Part shown: one piece after another, positions 29,329 through 38,252 of the stretch
Layout of the letters: each line of letters starts with the position of its first letter
Numbering within the stretch: position 1 is the first letter of the stretch
Assembly: GCA_016882415.1 (NCBI GenBank)
Contig: VGQL01000001.1
Span: 1 to 55,602, forward strand
Length of the DNA stretch: 55,602 bases
Reading direction: 5' to 3'
Source: Cyanobacteria bacterium M_DeepCast_200m_mx_001
GTDB taxonomy: Bacteria; Cyanobacteriota; Cyanobacteriia; PCC-6307; Cyanobiaceae
Translations under genes and position numbers: made by a program
The notes under the pieces: generated by a model
What the model saw: the letters and a program-made list of their open reading frames with translations, nothing else
Told to the model about the DNA's origin: nothing
The model's database searches: none

Positions 29329-31275
29329 CTAGGCCGCCAGCCCCAGGGCGGTGGCCGCATCGGCAAACAGGGCCCGCACATAGGGGTGCTCCCCATCGGG
29401 GTGCTCCACCTCCAGGCGGCCGGGTCCGCAGCGGGCCCGCAGCTCCTCCCCGTCGGCATTGCGGATCACCAGGTGATCCTGCTGGCGGCTCACCCAGTAG
29501 CGGCGATCCCGCCGCCGCAGCACCAGGCTGTCGCTGCAGCTGGGCCGCAGGTCCACCAGCTCCAGCTGCAGTCGCTCCTCCCCCTGCCAGCGGTTGAGGC
29601 GCAGGTGGAAGGCCACATCCACCTCCTTGGGCAGGGTCCAGCTGCCGCCCCAACGCCAGGCGATGGCCCGCAGGCTGGTGTCCCCCTGCCGCAGGGTGAG
29701 CTGCAGGTGGCCGCCTCGGAGCTGGCGTTGCTGCTCCACGCTGCAGTAGCTGCTCCAGAACAGGGGCGTGGGGTGGGCAATCCCGAAGGGCTCCAGTCGC
29801 TGCACCTGCCCCCAGAAGTTCCGGTCCAGGGCGCTGAGGGGCACGTGGGCTTCGGGCCGCACCGCCCGCAGGCTGGCATCGCTCTGCAGCCAGGCCTGGG
29901 CCCGTTGGTTGAGCCGCTCATGCAGGGCGGCCACCCGCTCGGCCCGCACGGTGAACCCGCCGGCGGCGGGGTGGCCGCCGTGGCGTTCGAGCAGGTCGTC
30001 GCAGGCCGCCAGGGCCGCATCCACGGCGAACCCCTGGGGGGCCCGCACGGAGGCCCGCAGCCGCCCCTCCCCCTCGGAGGCCAGCAGGGCCACCGGCAGC
30101 CCGAAATGCTCCACCAGCCGGGCCGCCACGATGCCGATCACCCCGTGGTGCCAATGGCCCTGGGCCAGGAGCAGAAAGGGGCTGCGCTGCTGCCCGTCCG
30201 CCTCCACCAGGGCGCGGGCCTCCGCTTCGATGGCATCGCAGAGCTCGCGCCGTTGACGGTTGAGCTGTTCACAGGCGTGGGCCAGCTCCAGGGCCCGTTG
30301 CGGCTCATCGGTGGTGAGCAGCTCCACCACCAACTGGGGATCCCCCAGCCGGCCCACCGCATTGATCCGCGGGGCGATCTGGAAGCCCACGGCGCCCGCA
30401 TCGAGGGGGGCTTCATCCAGCCCCGCCAGCTGCTGCAGGGCCTGCAACCCCGGCAGGGGGCTGGTCTTCAACCGGGGCAGGCCATCCAGCAGCCAGCGGC
30501 GGTTCACCCCCTGCAGAGGGGCCATGTCGGCGATGGTGCCGATGCAGAACAGATCCAGGGCCATGGCCAGGGCGCGCTTGGAGCGCTGCTGCTGGGCCAG
30601 GGCGCGGGCCAGCACGTAGGCCAGCCCCACCCCCGCCAGGCCCCGGTAGGGGGAGCCCTCGGGGGTGGTGGCGGGATGCAGCAGCGCCAGCAGCGGCGGC
30701 AGCTGGGGCGGCAGGGTGTGGTGGTCGGTCACGATCACCTCCACCCCCAGCTGCTGGGCCCGCTCCAGGGCCTCGCGGGCGGCGATGCCGTTGTCCACGG
30801 TCACCAACAGGGCGATGCCCTCCCCCGCCAACCGCTCCACCATGCCGGGATTGAGCCCGTAGCCATCATCCAGGCGGCTGGGGATCGCCGCCCTGGGCTT
30901 CGCCCCCAGGTGCCCCAGCACCCCCACCAGCAGGGCGGTGCTGGTCATGCCGTCGGCGTCGTAATCGCCGCAGATGGCCAGGGCCTCCCCCTGGCGGCAG
31001 GCCCGGCGCAGGCGCTCCACGGCGATGGCCAGGTGGGGGAAATGTTCGGCCGGATCCGGGGCCGCCGGGGGATCCAGCAGGGCCTGCACCGCCTCGGCCG
31101 TGGCGTAGCCGCGGCGCCGCAGCAGTGCCAGCAGCGGTTCAGCCAACCCCAGACCATCCAAGGCACAGGCCCCGGGCGCCTCGGGGGGCAGCGCTGCCGG
31201 CAGTTGCCAGCTGGGGGTGGTGGGCCGTTGCTCTGGGGTCAGGGGGAGCAACGCTGATCGGCCAAGTGCCCCCAT
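29329..31275 (-). CDS. recJ: Single-stranded-DNA exonuclease RecJ
   Basis: GDYDADG, TVDNG, TDHH, GTIAD, PRINAVGR, GGH; start approximate. Confidence 0.95.
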   Translation of the reverse strand: MGALGRSALLPLTPEQRPTTPSWQLPAALPPEAPGACALDGLGLAEPLLALLRRRGYATAEAVQALLDPPAAPDPAEHFPHLAIAVERLRRACRQGEALAICGDYDADGMTSTALLVGVLGHLGAKPRAAIPSRLDDGYGLNPGMVERLAGEGIALLVTVDNGIAAREALERAQQLGVEVIVTDHHTLPPQLPPLLALLHPATTPEGSPYRGLAGVGLAYVLARALAQQQRSKRALAMALDLFCIGTIADMAPLQGVNRRWLLDGLPRLKTSPLPGLQALQQLAGLDEAPLDAGAVGFQIAPRINAVGRLGDPQLVVELLTTDEPQRALELAHACEQLNRQRRELCDAIEAEARALVEADGQQRSPFLLLAQGHWHHGVIGIVAARLVEHFGLPVALLASEGEGRLRASVRAPQGFAVDAALAACDDLLERHGGHPAAGGFTVRAERVAALHERLNQRAQAWLQSDASLRAVRPEAHVPLSALDRNFWGQVQRLEPFGIAHPTPLFWSSYCSVEQQRQLRGGHLQLTLRQGDTSLRAIAWRWGGSWTLPKEVDVAFHLRLNRWQGEERLQLELVDLRPSCSDSLVLRRRDRRYWVSRQQDHLVIRNADGEELRARCGPGRLEVEHPDGEHPYVRALFADAATALGLAA

Positions 31276-31339
31276 TGTGGGGGGACCGCCGCGGGCGTCC
31301 AGCCCGTAGCCTGGCCCCCTGCTGAGCCTTGAGATCACC

Positions 31340-32095
31340 GTGCCGGCGGCCCTGCTCTGGGATGTGGATGGCACCCTGGCGGAGACGGAGCTGCAGGGAC
31401 ACCGCCGCGCCTTCAACCGGGCCTTCGCGGAGGCTGGCCTGCCCTGGCGCTGGGATGGGACGCGCTACGCCCAGCTGCTGGCCATCAGCGGTGGTCGCGA
31501 GCGCCTGCGCCATTTCCTCAGCCAGGCCACCGGCACCTGCCCCAGTGAGGGCCAGGTGGAAGCGCTGCAGAGCAGCAAAACCCGCCACTACGGAGCTCTG
31601 GTGGAGGCCGGTGAGCTGCAGCTGCGGCCGGGGGTGCGGCGGCTGATGGCGGCGGCGGCCGCCGCCGGCGTGGCCCAGGCGGTGGTCACCACCAGTGGCC
31701 GCGCCGCGGTGCGGGCCCTGCTGGATCGCCAGCTGCCGGAGCATCCCCGGTGGCTGCAGTTCTGGATCTGCGGTGAGGATGTGCAGCACAAGAAGCCCCA
31801 TCCCGAGGCCTACTCCCTGGCCCTGCAGCGGTTGGCCCTGCCGGCGGCCACGGTGCTGGCCATCGAGGATTCCGCCAATGGCGTGGCCGCCGCCACCGCC
31901 GCCGGCCTGGCGGTGCTGGCCGTGCGCAGTGCCTCCAGCGCCGGCGAACCCGCCGAGGCCTTCCGCGCCGCCGCCGCCGAGCTCGACCAGCTCGGGGAGC
32001 CCGATGGCCCCGCCCTGACGGTGCGGCAGGGTCCGGCTTGCCCCGGGGGACAGGTCACGCTCTCCTATCTGCAGCAACTGCTGAGCGCCCCATGA
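31340..32095 (+). CDS. CbbY-like HAD phosphatase
   Basis: DVDGTLAETE-x2-GHRRAFNRAF, KKPHPEAY, IEDSANG. Confidence 0.85.
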   Translation: MPAALLWDVDGTLAETELQGHRRAFNRAFAEAGLPWRWDGTRYAQLLAISGGRERLRHFLSQATGTCPSEGQVEALQSSKTRHYGALVEAGELQLRPGVRRLMAAAAAAGVAQAVVTTSGRAAVRALLDRQLPEHPRWLQFWICGEDVQHKKPHPEAYSLALQRLALPAATVLAIEDSANGVAAATAAGLAVLAVRSASSAGEPAEAFRAAAAELDQLGEPDGPALTVRQGPACPGGQVTLSYLQQLLSAP

Positions 32096-32436
32096 CCCCG
32101 CCGCCGCTGCAGGCCACCCGCTTTGACCGGCTGCTGCGCCAGCTGGCGGATGGGCTATTCGGCGGCCTGCGAGGCAGTTGGCGCCGGCGCAGCCTGGCGG
32201 TGCTGGGCCTGTTGATCGGTTTCTACTTGGGGCAGAACCTCACCTCCCTGTGGCTCACCCAGGTCGGGAAACGACCCGTGGCGGTGCTGGGGATCGTGCT
32301 GCTGATCGAGCTGGTGGTGCGCCTGCGCTCCCGCTGGGTGCGGGGGGTGGCGCCGCTGCCCTGGCTGGTGCTGGACAACCTGCGGATTGGGGTGGTCTAC
32401 GCCGTGGTGCTGGAGGGGTTCAAGCTCGGCTCATGA
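32092..32436 (+). CDS. DUF565/Ycf20 membrane protein
   Basis: WRRRSL, LDNLRIG, EGFKLGS C-terminus; ATGA overlap with the upstream gene. Confidence 0.85.
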   Translation: MTPPPLQATRFDRLLRQLADGLFGGLRGSWRRRSLAVLGLLIGFYLGQNLTSLWLTQVGKRPVAVLGIVLLIELVVRLRSRWVRGVAPLPWLVLDNLRIGVVYAVVLEGFKLGS

Positions 32437-33308
32437 GCCTGGAGGCCTTGCTGCTGGCCCATTGCCATGGGCGGCTGGCGGGGGGCCAGCGGCCGGTGAT
32501 CGGGCTGAATGGGCCGGTGGGGGCCGGTAAAACCACCCTCAGCCGGCGGCTGCAGCACCACTTCGCCGCAGCAGGGCTGCGGCTGGCGGTGGCCAGCATC
32601 GACGACGCCTACCTCCCCCTGGAGGCACGCCGCCGGGCCATGGAGGGCAATCCCTTCGGGGTGTGGCGGGTGCCCCCCGGCAGCCACGACCCGGAGACCC
32701 TGGCGGATCCGATCCGCCGCTGGCGCCAGGCCCCCTCCGCTGACCTCTGCCTGCCCCGCTTCGACAAGACGCTGCAGGGGGGACAGGGGGACCCCACCCA
32801 CCCCTGGATCGGCCCGGCCGATGCCCTGTTGCTGGAGGGCTGGCTGCTGGGCTGCGCGCCCCTGCAGGGGGAGGCCCTGGAGGGCCCCCTAGCGGATCCG
32901 GAGGGGCCGCTGGCGGGGTTCAGTCCCGAGGAGCGCCGCTGGCTGCGCCACTGCAATGGACGGCTGGCGGCCTATGGCCCGCTGTGGGCCGAGCTGGATC
33001 AGCTGGTGGTGCTGTGGCCCGTCCACTGGGGCCTGCCGCGGCGTTGGCGCTTCCAGGCGGAGGCCCGTCAACGGCGGTCCGGCGGCGCCTGGCTGCCGCC
33101 GCCGCAGCTGGAGGCGCTGGTGCGGGCCAGCCTGCGGTCGTGTCCGCCGGAGCTGTACCAACGGCCCCTGCTGCAACGGGCGGCGTGGGTGCGGCTCCTG
33201 GACGGTCGCAGGCGGGTGGTGTGGGAGGGCGGCGGGGCTGCCGCCCTGCCCGCCCAGCTGGCCACCCAGCAGGCCGCGCCGGGGGGCGGGGCCAGGGGGT
33301 GGGGCTAA
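32433..33308 (+). CDS. Plant-type D-glycerate 3-kinase-like P-loop kinase
   Basis: GPVGAGKTT, SIDDAYL, PGSHD, PRFDKT, LLEGWLLG, WRFQAE. Confidence 0.75.
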   Translation: MSLEALLLAHCHGRLAGGQRPVIGLNGPVGAGKTTLSRRLQHHFAAAGLRLAVASIDDAYLPLEARRRAMEGNPFGVWRVPPGSHDPETLADPIRRWRQAPSADLCLPRFDKTLQGGQGDPTHPWIGPADALLLEGWLLGCAPLQGEALEGPLADPEGPLAGFSPEERRWLRHCNGRLAAYGPLWAELDQLVVLWPVHWGLPRRWRFQAEARQRRSGGAWLPPPQLEALVRASLRSCPPELYQRPLLQRAAWVRLLDGRRRVVWEGGGAAALPAQLATQQAAPGGGARGWG

Positions 33309-33328
33309 CAGAGACTCAGGCGTGGGGC

Positions 33329-33505
33329 TCAGGCCTCCTCGCCTTCCTCCTCAGCCACGGGGTACACGAAGCCCTGGGCACGGCCACTCAGCACGGCCTT
33401 GCCGATTGAGAGCGCCTTGCGGGCGGCCACGGCGGCCTTGCCCTTCCAGGTGGCATGGCGCTGGTTCCGCTTGCCTTTGGAGGTTTTCTTCTTGGGAACA
33501 GCCAT
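33329..33505 (-). CDS. rpmF: 50S ribosomal protein L32
   Basis: [21 protein letters not shown]. Confidence 0.97.
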   Translation of the reverse strand: MAVPKKKTSKGKRNQRHATWKGKAAVAARKALSIGKAVLSGRAQGFVYPVAEEEGEEA

Positions 33506-33591
33506 CCCGCTCGCTCTCAGCCAAACCAAGATCTTCCTTGGCCGACTCGCCTTTCGTCAAATCGCTAAGCTCCCCGCAACGGCAGAGCCCA

Positions 33592-35463
33592 GTGAGCAGC
33601 GGCGGTTCCAGTGGCCCATCAGCGGCTGAGCAGGGCCCTCCGGCGCGCCTGGATCTGTTCCGCGATCTGGGGTTGAGTCGCACCCCCCAGCCCAGCTACA
33701 GCCAGCTGTTGCAGCAGCTCCGCCAGGGCAAGGTGAAGGAGCTGGTGCTCTCCCCCTCCCAGCGGGAGGTAGGCGTCACCTACGCCAACGGCTCCCGGGT
33801 GCAGGTGCCGGTGTTCAGCAACGACCAGGTGCTGCTGCGCACGGCCCAGGCGGCACGGGTGCCGCTCACGGTGCGCGATGACCGCCAGGAGCAGGCCAGC
33901 GCCAGCCTGCTGGCCAATGGCCTGCTGCTGTTGCTGCTGCTGGGGGGGCTGGCGCTGTTGATTCGCCGCTCCTCCCAGGTGGCCAACCGCACCCTCGGCT
34001 TTGGGCGCAGCAAGGCCCGCATGGTGCAGCCGGAGGCGGCGGTGGCGGTGCGGTTTGAGGATGTGGCCGGCATCGCCGAGGCCAAGGAGGAGCTCCAGGA
34101 GGTGGTCACCTTCCTGAAGGAGCCCGAGCGGTTCACCGCCGTCGGGGCCAAGATCCCCAAGGGGGTGCTGCTGGTGGGCCCTCCGGGCACCGGCAAAACC
34201 CTGCTGGCCAAGGCCATCGCCGGTGAGGCGGGGGTGCCCTTCTTCTCGATGGCGGCCTCCGAATTTGTGGAGCTGTTCGTGGGGGTGGGGGCCAGCCGTG
34301 TGCGGGATCTGTTCCGCCAGGCCAAGGAGAAGGCCCCCTGCATCGTGTTCATCGATGAGATCGACGCGGTGGGGCGCCAGCGGGGCGCCGGCATCGGCGG
34401 CGGCAACGATGAGCGGGAGCAGACCCTCAATCAGCTGCTCACGGAGATGGATGGCTTCGCCGAAAACTCCGGCGTGATCCTGCTGGCGGCCACCAACCGC
34501 CCGGATGTGCTCGACACGGCGCTGATGCGCCCGGGCCGCTTTGACCGCCGCATCGTGGTGGACCTTCCCGATCGCCGCGGCCGGGAGGCGATCCTGGCGG
34601 TGCATGCCCGCAGCCGACCCCTGGACCCGGAGGTTTGCCTGGCGGACTGGGCCAGCCGCACCCCCGGCTTCTCGGGCGCTGACCTCTCCAACCTGCTCAA
34701 CGAAGCGGCGATCCTCACCGCCCGCCGCGAGCGCCCCTGCATCGATGAGGCGGCCCTCAATGACGCCCTCGAGCGCATCACCATGGGCCTCACGGCGGCC
34801 CCCCTGCAGGACAGCGCCAAGAAGCGGCTGATCGCCTACCACGAGATCGGCCATGCCCTGATCACCACCCTGCTGCCGGCGGCGGATCGGCTCGACAAGG
34901 TGACCCTGCTACCCCGGGCCGGGGGCGTGGGGGGCTTTGCCCGCACCATGCCCGATGAGGAGGTGCTCGATTCCGGCTTGATCAGCAAGGCCTACCTGCA
35001 GGCCCGCCTGGTGGTGGCCATGGGGGGTCGGGCGGCGGAGCTGGTGGTGTTCGGCCCCAGTGAGATCACCCAGGGGGCCTCCGGCGATCTGGAGCTGGTG
35101 AGCCGCATCGGCCGCGAGATGGTGACCCGCTACGGCTTTTCCCCCCTGGGCCCCCAGGCGTTCGAGGCGGAGGGGGCGGAGGTGTTCCTGGGGCGCGACT
35201 GGCTGCGCTCCGAGCCCGCCTATTCCCAGGAAACCGGCAACCGCATCGATGCCCAGGTGCAGCAGCTGGCCCGCCATGCCCTGGAGCAGGCGGTGGCGCT
35301 GCTGGAGCCGCGCCGACCCTTGATCGATGCCCTGGTGGAGGCCCTGATTGAGCAGGAAACCATCGAGGGGGCCGCCTTCAGCGCCATCGTGGAGCGCTTT
35401 GAGGCCGTGGGCGGCGGCCCCTCAGCTGAAGCGGATGTCGAGGCTGCGCAGGTAGGTCTGTAG
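33592..35463 (+). CDS. ftsH: ATP-dependent zinc metalloprotease FtsH
   Basis: TM helix, [17 protein letters not shown] (ATNRPDVLD...RPGRFDR), HEIGH; start estimated at GTG 33592. Confidence 0.95.
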   Translation: MSSGGSSGPSAAEQGPPARLDLFRDLGLSRTPQPSYSQLLQQLRQGKVKELVLSPSQREVGVTYANGSRVQVPVFSNDQVLLRTAQAARVPLTVRDDRQEQASASLLANGLLLLLLLGGLALLIRRSSQVANRTLGFGRSKARMVQPEAAVAVRFEDVAGIAEAKEELQEVVTFLKEPERFTAVGAKIPKGVLLVGPPGTGKTLLAKAIAGEAGVPFFSMAASEFVELFVGVGASRVRDLFRQAKEKAPCIVFIDEIDAVGRQRGAGIGGGNDEREQTLNQLLTEMDGFAENSGVILLAATNRPDVLDTALMRPGRFDRRIVVDLPDRRGREAILAVHARSRPLDPEVCLADWASRTPGFSGADLSNLLNEAAILTARRERPCIDEAALNDALERITMGLTAAPLQDSAKKRLIAYHEIGHALITTLLPAADRLDKVTLLPRAGGVGGFARTMPDEEVLDSGLISKAYLQARLVVAMGGRAAELVVFGPSEITQGASGDLELVSRIGREMVTRYGFSPLGPQAFEAEGAEVFLGRDWLRSEPAYSQETGNRIDAQVQQLARHALEQAVALLEPRRPLIDALVEALIEQETIEGAAFSAIVERFEAVGGGPSAEADVEAAQVGL

Positions 35464-36417
35464 GCCGGCGTCCTGAATCGGCAGCAGCCAGGCGGGTGAT
35501 CCGCTCTCGTTGATGTGGGCATGCCAGTGGCCGGGGGGCGTGATGAAGGCCCCCCCCGCCTGCCAGTCGATGCGCCGTGGGTTGCGGATGCTGCCGTCGT
35601 CGTTGAGTTCGGAGCCCACCAGGGTGTACACCCCGGGTTGGCAGTCGATGATCAGATCCAGCGCCACCGATTGGTGGCGGTGGGGGGCCTGGGTGGCCCC
35701 GGTGGGCACCAGGCCGAACATGGCCCAGAGCACGTGGGTCACCGTGCGGGTGCTGGGTAGGTCGCGGTTGGCCAGCAACAGGCTGAGGCGGTTGCTGCGG
35801 GCGCTGCCCGGATCCGCGGCGAGGGTTTCGAGTTCGTGCCGCAGCCAGTCGGCGCCGTAATGGGTGGCCTCGAAGCGCGGTTGGCTGGGGGTGACCCCCA
35901 GATAGCTGAGCAGGGGGGCGTCGTGCACCCAGTAGAGAACGCTGGTGCTGTCGGCGTGCAGCAGCGGGTCGGCTCCGGCCGGCAGCACGAACAGGTCGCC
36001 CGCGTTCCAGCGCAGGCTGCAGGCGGGGCTGGGGCCCTCAGCGCCGCGCTCGCAGCTGCCGCTGCCGCTGAGCACGAAGAACAGGGCGCTGGTGGCCTGG
36101 GCCGCCGCCTTCACCCCCTCATGGGCCTGGATGCGGATGAAGTGGGCCGCCAGGGCGGGGCTGGTGGCGGGTCCAGGGCTGCCCAGCCGTTGGCTGAGGT
36201 CCAGCGGCAGGATGGCGCTGGGGCCGCTGGCGTGCAGCTCGGGCCCCCAGCTGCAGTAGGGGATGGGCTCGGTGAGCCCCGGTCGCACCGGGTTGGCGGC
36301 GGCCCGGTAGTCGAACAGCAGGGCCTTGTTCGCGGCTCTGTTCTCTGCTGTGTTCGCGGCTGTGTTGTTGGCCGGGTTGGCGGCTGTGGTGCTGGCGTGC
36401 TCAGGGGTCTGGGTCAT
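35422..36417 (-). CDS. Bicupin, gentisate 1,2-dioxygenase-like
   Basis: Two cupin repeats; PHRHQS and FITPPGHWHAH in the C-terminal one. Confidence 0.8.
   Translation of the reverse strand: MTQTPEHASTTAANPANNTAANTAENRAANKALLFDYRAAANPVRPGLTEPIPYCSWGPELHASGPSAILPLDLSQRLGSPGPATSPALAAHFIRIQAHEGVKAAAQATSALFFVLSGSGSCERGAEGPSPACSLRWNAGDLFVLPAGADPLLHADSTSVLYWVHDAPLLSYLGVTPSQPRFEATHYGADWLRHELETLAADPGSARSNRLSLLLANRDLPSTRTVTHVLWAMFGLVPTGATQAPHRHQSVALDLIIDCQPGVYTLVGSELNDDGSIRNPRRIDWQAGGAFITPPGHWHAHINESGSPAWLLPIQDAGLQTYLRSLDIRFS
36327..36398. repeat. Degenerate 12-nt tandem repeat (about 6 units) in the cupin N-terminus
   Basis: tgttcgcggctc/tgttctctgctg/tgttcgcggctg/tgttgttggccg/ggttggcggctg; encodes TAAN/PANN/TAAN/TAEN/RAAN. 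Confidence 0.65.
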
Positions 36418-36495
36418 CGCACCACAGGGGAACAACGGATGTTGACGCTATTGAGCCTGACGATCCCGATGGGGACTGCAGGCATTGCAACCGAA

Positions 36496-36771
36496 TCAGC
36501 CGCCGGCCACGGCGGGCACGATGCTCACCTCATCACCATCGCTGAGGGCGGTGGCCTGGTTGTCGAGGAAGCGGATGTCCTCGCTGTTCACGTAGACGTT
36601 GAGGAAGCGCCGCAGTTTGCCGGCCTCATCACAGAGGCGGCCCTTGAGGCCGGGGTAGCGGCCATCGAGGGCATCGATCAGGGCGTCCACGCTGGCGGCC
36701 TCCAGGCTGACGCTCGCCTCGTCGTTGGTGAACTTCTGCAGGGGGGTGGGGATCAGAACCTGAACGGCCAT
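36496..36771 (-). CDS. MoaD/ThiS (CysO-like) ubiquitin-fold sulfur carrier
   Basis: [18 protein letters not shown]-terminal VPAVAGG. Confidence 0.92.
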   Translation of the reverse strand: MAVQVLIPTPLQKFTNDEASVSLEAASVDALIDALDGRYPGLKGRLCDEAGKLRRFLNVYVNSEDIRFLDNQATALSDGDEVSIVPAVAGG

Positions 36772-36811
36772 GGTCAAGGGTTGGGCGTGGGGGCGAAGGG
36801 CGCTGGGGAGC

Positions 36812-38083
36812 TCAGACCGAGGCCTGGGCCCGTTGCCAGGCGGCGTTGAAACTGTCGAGCTGGGCTTCGATCGTGTAGGGCTGGCCGATGGCGTCCACCA
36901 CGGCTTCGGTGGTCTTGAGGCCGTTGCCGGTGATGTAGGCCACGGTGCGCTCTTCGGGGTTGATCCTGCCCTGTTCCACCAGCTTCTTGAGCACCGCGAT
37001 GGTGGTGCCGCCGGCGGTTTCGGTGAATACGCCCTCGGTTTCCGCCAGCAGCTTGATGCCCTCGACGATCTCGGTGTCGTTCACCGCGGCGATGGTGCCG
37101 CCGGTGCGGTTGGCGATGTCGATGGCGTAGGGGCCGTCGGCGGGGTTGCCGATGGCGATCGACTTGGCGATGGTGTTGGGCTTCACCGGGGTGATGAAGT
37201 CACGGCCCTCGGCGAAGGCCTGGGCGATGGGGCTGCAGCCCTCCGCCTGGGCACCGCTGAAGCGCACGGCCTTCTCATCCACCAGGCCGCACTTGATGAA
37301 TTCATCGAAGCCCTTGCGGATCTTGGTGAACAGGGAACCGGAGGCCAGGGGCGCCACGATGTGGTCCGGCAGTTCCCAGCCCAGTTGCTCGATCACCTCG
37401 TAGCCGAGGGTCTTGGAGCCTTCGGAGTAATAGGGGCGCAGGTTGATGTTCACGAAGCCCCAGCCGTAGGTGTTGGCCACCTCCGAGCACAGGCGGTTCA
37501 CCTGGTCGTAGTTGCCCTTCACCGCCATCAGGGTGGGGTTGTAGATCAGGGTGCCGAGCACCTTGCCCAGCTCCAGGTCGCTGGGGATGAACACGCAGCA
37601 CTCCAGGCCGGCGTGGGCGGCGATGGCGGCGGTGGAGTTGGCCAGGTTGCCCGTGGAGGCGCAGCTCACGGTTTTGAAGCCCAGCTCCCGAGCGCGGGTG
37701 AGGGCCACCGACACCACCCGGTCCTTGAAGGACAGGGTGGGCATATTGACGCCGTCGTTCTTGATGTAAAGGCTCTTGAGCCCAAGGCGCTTGGCCAGGT
37801 TGTCGGCCTTCAGCAGCGGGGTGAAGCCGGTGCCCACATCGATGGGGTCGCCGGCGATGGGCAGGAACTCCCGGTAGCGCCAGATGGAGGCGGGGCCGGC
37901 TTCGATGGTGGCGCGGCTGACACGGCCCTTGATGGCCTCGTAGTCGTAGACCACCTCCAGGGGGCCGAAGCAGACGTCTTCACAGACGTGGCGGGCACCG
38001 GCTTCGTAGGGCTGGCCGCACTCCTTGCAGCGCAGACCCGTGAAGGTGGGCCCGGCGGTGGAGCGGGAGAGGGTCGCCGTCAC
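36812..38083 (-). CDS. thrC: Threonine synthase (or threonine-synthase-like PLP enzyme)
   Basis: N-terminal CKEC...[16 protein letters not shown] lysine, CASTGNL, TGNGLK. Confidence 0.88.
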   Translation of the reverse strand: MTATLSRSTAGPTFTGLRCKECGQPYEAGARHVCEDVCFGPLEVVYDYEAIKGRVSRATIEAGPASIWRYREFLPIAGDPIDVGTGFTPLLKADNLAKRLGLKSLYIKNDGVNMPTLSFKDRVVSVALTRARELGFKTVSCASTGNLANSTAAIAAHAGLECCVFIPSDLELGKVLGTLIYNPTLMAVKGNYDQVNRLCSEVANTYGWGFVNINLRPYYSEGSKTLGYEVIEQLGWELPDHIVAPLASGSLFTKIRKGFDEFIKCGLVDEKAVRFSGAQAEGCSPIAQAFAEGRDFITPVKPNTIAKSIAIGNPADGPYAIDIANRTGGTIAAVNDTEIVEGIKLLAETEGVFTETAGGTTIAVLKKLVEQGRINPEERTVAYITGNGLKTTEAVVDAIGQPYTIEAQLDSFNAAWQRAQASV

Positions 38084-38138
38084 GATCGCACCCAGGACAG
38101 TCGCAGGACGCTAGCAGCGCCTCCCGATCCGTCGAATT

Positions 38139-38163
38139 AATCCCGATTTTCAGGATCGGGTAT
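38139..38163. promoter_or_regulatory. 25-bp imperfect palindrome, Rrf2/IscR-like operator candidate upstream of thrC
   Basis: AATCCCGAT-TTTCAGG-ATCGGGTAT; putative extended -10 TGcTAGCGT at 38108-38116 on the minus strand. Confidence 0.55.
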
Positions 38164-38252
38164 GAAAAAGGAGGCAGGGTTGGCGCCGTCGTTGGTGGCG
38201 ACTTGACCCGCTGGCCTGCGTTCCTAGCCTCCGCTGGTGATCGGACAGCCCT

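Noticed and set aside
32956-33591. Long N-terminal extension of FtsH in the ORF track (likewise aspC, mfd, fmt, lpxD and the GDSL gene)
   Set aside because: Most of these overlap neighbouring genes and all are low-complexity; artefacts of longest-ORF start choice
35422-35463. 42-nt convergent overlap of ftsH and the cupin gene
   Set aside because: Short tail-to-tail overlaps are common in compact high-GC genomes
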